The translations under genes and the position numbers were made by a program. This document shows positions 19,321 to 21,207 of a stretch of DNA of 21,207 nucleotides, piece by piece. The DNA lies in NCBI GenBank assembly GCA_046726415.1, contig JBKPAK010000286.1:1-21207 (forward strand), read 5' to 3'. Position 1 is the first letter of the stretch. Every line of letters begins with the position of its first letter. This DNA is from Candidatus Methylomirabilota bacterium (GTDB lineage Bacteria; Methylomirabilota; Methylomirabilia; Rokubacteriales; CSP1-6). The notes beneath the pieces were generated by a model. It was not told the DNA's origin and made no database searches. It was given only the letters and a program-made list of their open reading frames with translations.

Positions 19321-20409
19321 ATGCCTCGCGGCGGAGCAGGCGCGGGCGGCCGCGGGAACGGCGGTGGCGCATCACGCACCGCCGGTGCTGTCGCCGGGCT
19401 CGGATCGCCACTGGCAGCGTGGTTCGAGAACGCGGCGGCGCTCCAGCGCTTCCGGCGCGACATCCTCGGCCGGCGACCGGCCGTGCTGTCGCCTCGCGAC
19501 CGTTCATGGCGGTGTATCGCACCCTGCTTTCGCGAGTCGCGCGCCATGGCCGCCAGCGGCCTTCCGTTCCAGATCGCGTCGGACCGACGTTACGACCGGT
19601 CCGGTGACCCGCGCCACCTTTCCCGTGCCCTGGACAACGGCGCCACCGTGTTCATGCCGCAGATCCATCAAGTGCTGCCGCGAGTCACGCGCCTGATGGT
19701 GGCGCTCCGCGTGGCCCTTCTCGGCCCATTTCGCGAGGAGTGTTCATTCCTGTTTCTCGTCGACGGGCGAGGGCGCACCGGGATGGGCTTGCATCACGAC
19801 GGCAACGTCGACGCCTTCTGGCTGCAGCTCGAAGGGCGACGTACCGTGACCCTCGGACCACCGGTGCCCCGGGGCACGCCGCTCGACATCAAGCGGCGAC
19901 CTCCGGCCGGCGACCGACACTGGGTCACGCTCCACCTCGAGCCCGGCACGCTCTTCCACATGCCTCCGCGCACGCCCCACGATGTCGTCTGCCACGCCCG
20001 CTCGCTGGCCCTCTCGCTGACGTGGGCCCACCCTCGCCGGCGGCGACCGCCGGAGCGGGCGCGCCTGGAGAGCTTGGTGGCGTGGGATGTCGCCTCCGGC
20101 CGTGTCGCCGCCATGCCTCCGCGGCGACCGTCGCGGCTCTGGACCCAGGTGCCCGCGCTCGCAGGACGAACCGACCGCGCACGTCGCACCTTCACGCTTC
20201 GGACGCCAGAGGGCGGCTTCCGTTTGCCCGCGGCCGGCCGCCCGTTCGCGAGCCGTCTCGCGCTCATGCCGGCCATCCACAGCCGCGACGCCAACGATGC
20301 CGACACCCTTCGTGTTCTGAACCGCCTCGGCATCCTGGCCCCGCACGACCTGCCCCTTCGTATCGTTCCGGACGATCCGCGTGCGCTCGACGGCTGGCGC
20401 TTTGCCTGA
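19321..20409 (+). CDS. JmjC/cupin-like Fe(II)/2-oxoglutarate oxygenase
   Basis: GMGLHHDG (HxD), FWLQLEGRRTV and LEPGTLFHMPPRTPHDV (distal His) give the cupin_4/ROXA-like layout. ATG 19321 has a GAGGG RBS; GTG 19258 is the alternative start. Confidence 0.8.
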   Translation: MPRGGAGAGGRGNGGGASRTAGAVAGLGSPLAAWFENAAALQRFRRDILGRRPAVLSPRDRSWRCIAPCFRESRAMAASGLPFQIASDRRYDRSGDPRHLSRALDNGATVFMPQIHQVLPRVTRLMVALRVALLGPFREECSFLFLVDGRGRTGMGLHHDGNVDAFWLQLEGRRTVTLGPPVPRGTPLDIKRRPPAGDRHWVTLHLEPGTLFHMPPRTPHDVVCHARSLALSLTWAHPRRRRPPERARLESLVAWDVASGRVAAMPPRRPSRLWTQVPALAGRTDRARRTFTLRTPEGGFRLPAAGRPFASRLALMPAIHSRDANDADTLRVLNRLGILAPHDLPLRIVPDDPRALDGWRFA

Positions 20410-20641
20410 CACGTGGGCACGACATGTTCCTAGAACCTCAGGGCTAGACGTCCGAAGACTGAGAACGGTGCCCCTGGCCTGAAGTGGACGTCCGCGACCC
20501 CCTGGGCTCGTTCCGGAGGCGCGAGGAGGTCCGGTACCTTCTTCCGACGGACCACCTCCCGCAACGGGCGACGCCGGTACCGGGGTCGCCGCGCTTCCCG
20601 GCCAGGCCACCAGCCGAAGCGGCACCGGCGTCACCCGGTCG

Positions 20642-20907
20642 GCGATCCCGCGCGGCGGTTACCAGATCCAACCAGCTTACCCCCCACCCCACGGCAACTC
20701 GGCATCCAGGGCACTTCGCTGCTTCGCGTCTACGTGCCCCCAATGGCCACGTCACTGACGTCGTGGTGACCAAGTCCGCGGGCCACGCTGACATGGTCCA
20801 CGCTGCGGGTCGCCGCGGTGCGCCAGTGGCGCTTTGAGCCCGGGCGGAGAGGCGAGGAGCCCATCGGGATGTGGGTCGTGCTCCCTGTCGAGTTCCGCAT
20901 CAAGTAG
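20642..20907 (+). pseudogene. tonB: Energy transducer TonB C-terminal domain, frameshifted remnant
   Basis: Stitching across three 1-nt indels (near 20685, 20738, 20808) gives AIPRGGYQIQPAYP..RQLGIQGTSLLRVYV.PNGHVTDVVVTKSAGHADMVHAAVAAVRQWRFEPGRRGEEPIGMWVVLPVEFRIK*. The YP..A..G..G and A...W.F.P TonB_C motifs are present; no TM anchor is visible. Confidence 0.85.
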
Positions 20908-21128
20908 CCGCCTACCTGGCTGAAATAACACTAAAAGGTCTTCATCGAGTCGCAGGCGATCTTCGGGGGTCATGGGCGAGGCGCCGTACCGCCGAGATTG
21001 GCGGTGCCGCGCCAGCCTGTCTTCATCGCCGAGCCAGCGGGGTGGGCGCCGAGGCTCACGATCGCGCGGCCCGGACTACACTGGACGGGTAGGTCACGCT
21101 GCGCGACGACCAGCGAGGAGGTGTCATC

Positions 21129-21207
21129 GTGATCGTCGGCGTCCCCAGGGAGATCAAGTCGGGCGAGCAGCGAGTGGCTCTCACGCCGGCCGGAGCGCGC
21201 GCGCTCT
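21129..21207 (+). CDS. ald: Alanine dehydrogenase, 5' end; runs off the window edge
   Basis: GAGGAG RBS at 21115-21120. The GTG start gives MIVGVPREIKSGEQRVALTPAGARAL, the AlaDH/PNT N-terminal signature (G.P.E.K..E.RV..TP). Confidence 0.85.
   Translation, partial: MIVGVPREIKSGEQRVALTPAGARAL

Noticed and set aside
20768..20777. GACCAAGTCC resembling the operator
   Set aside because: One base short in the spacer and inside tonB coding sequence (VTKS).
20908..21128. Possible riboswitch in the ald leader (hairpin near 20986-21007; TACACT at 21077-21082)
   Set aside because: I see no conserved glycine, SAM, TPP or cobalamin riboswitch motifs and no good -35. An Infernal/Rfam scan would be needed.

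Overview
GC-rich (roughly two-thirds G+C by eye) bacterial chromosomal region with no rRNA, tRNA, CRISPR array or recognisable mobile element. Protein style is loosely reminiscent of Candidatus Rokubacteria/Methylomirabilota (low-confidence inference). Intact genes are interleaved with many decayed ones. Apparently intact: the 5' end of a class I fructose-bisphosphate aldolase, a 934-aa GH63-like glucosidase, several small exported proteins and lipoproteins, a MASE1-GAF-PAS histidine kinase with three response regulators, a TPR protein divergent from a JmjC/cupin oxygenase, and the 5' end of alanine dehydrogenase. Decayed: pta-like, ackA, glgX, LOG, a lipoprotein, a second EF-hand copy, an arylsulfatase, a second sensor kinase, a TPR remnant and tonB. 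The most notable non-coding signal is a near-palindromic motif (TnnGACCAASGYCCnAT) found three times in intergenic DNA, each 22-23 nt upstream of a -10-like hexamer. It lies in front of the FixJ-like regulator, a single-domain regulator and the arylsulfatase, and is a candidate operator defining a small regulon. There are also three exact sigma-54 -24/-12 motifs (TGGCAC-N5-TTGC), all intergenic and correctly oriented. All family assignments come from motif recognition, not database searches.
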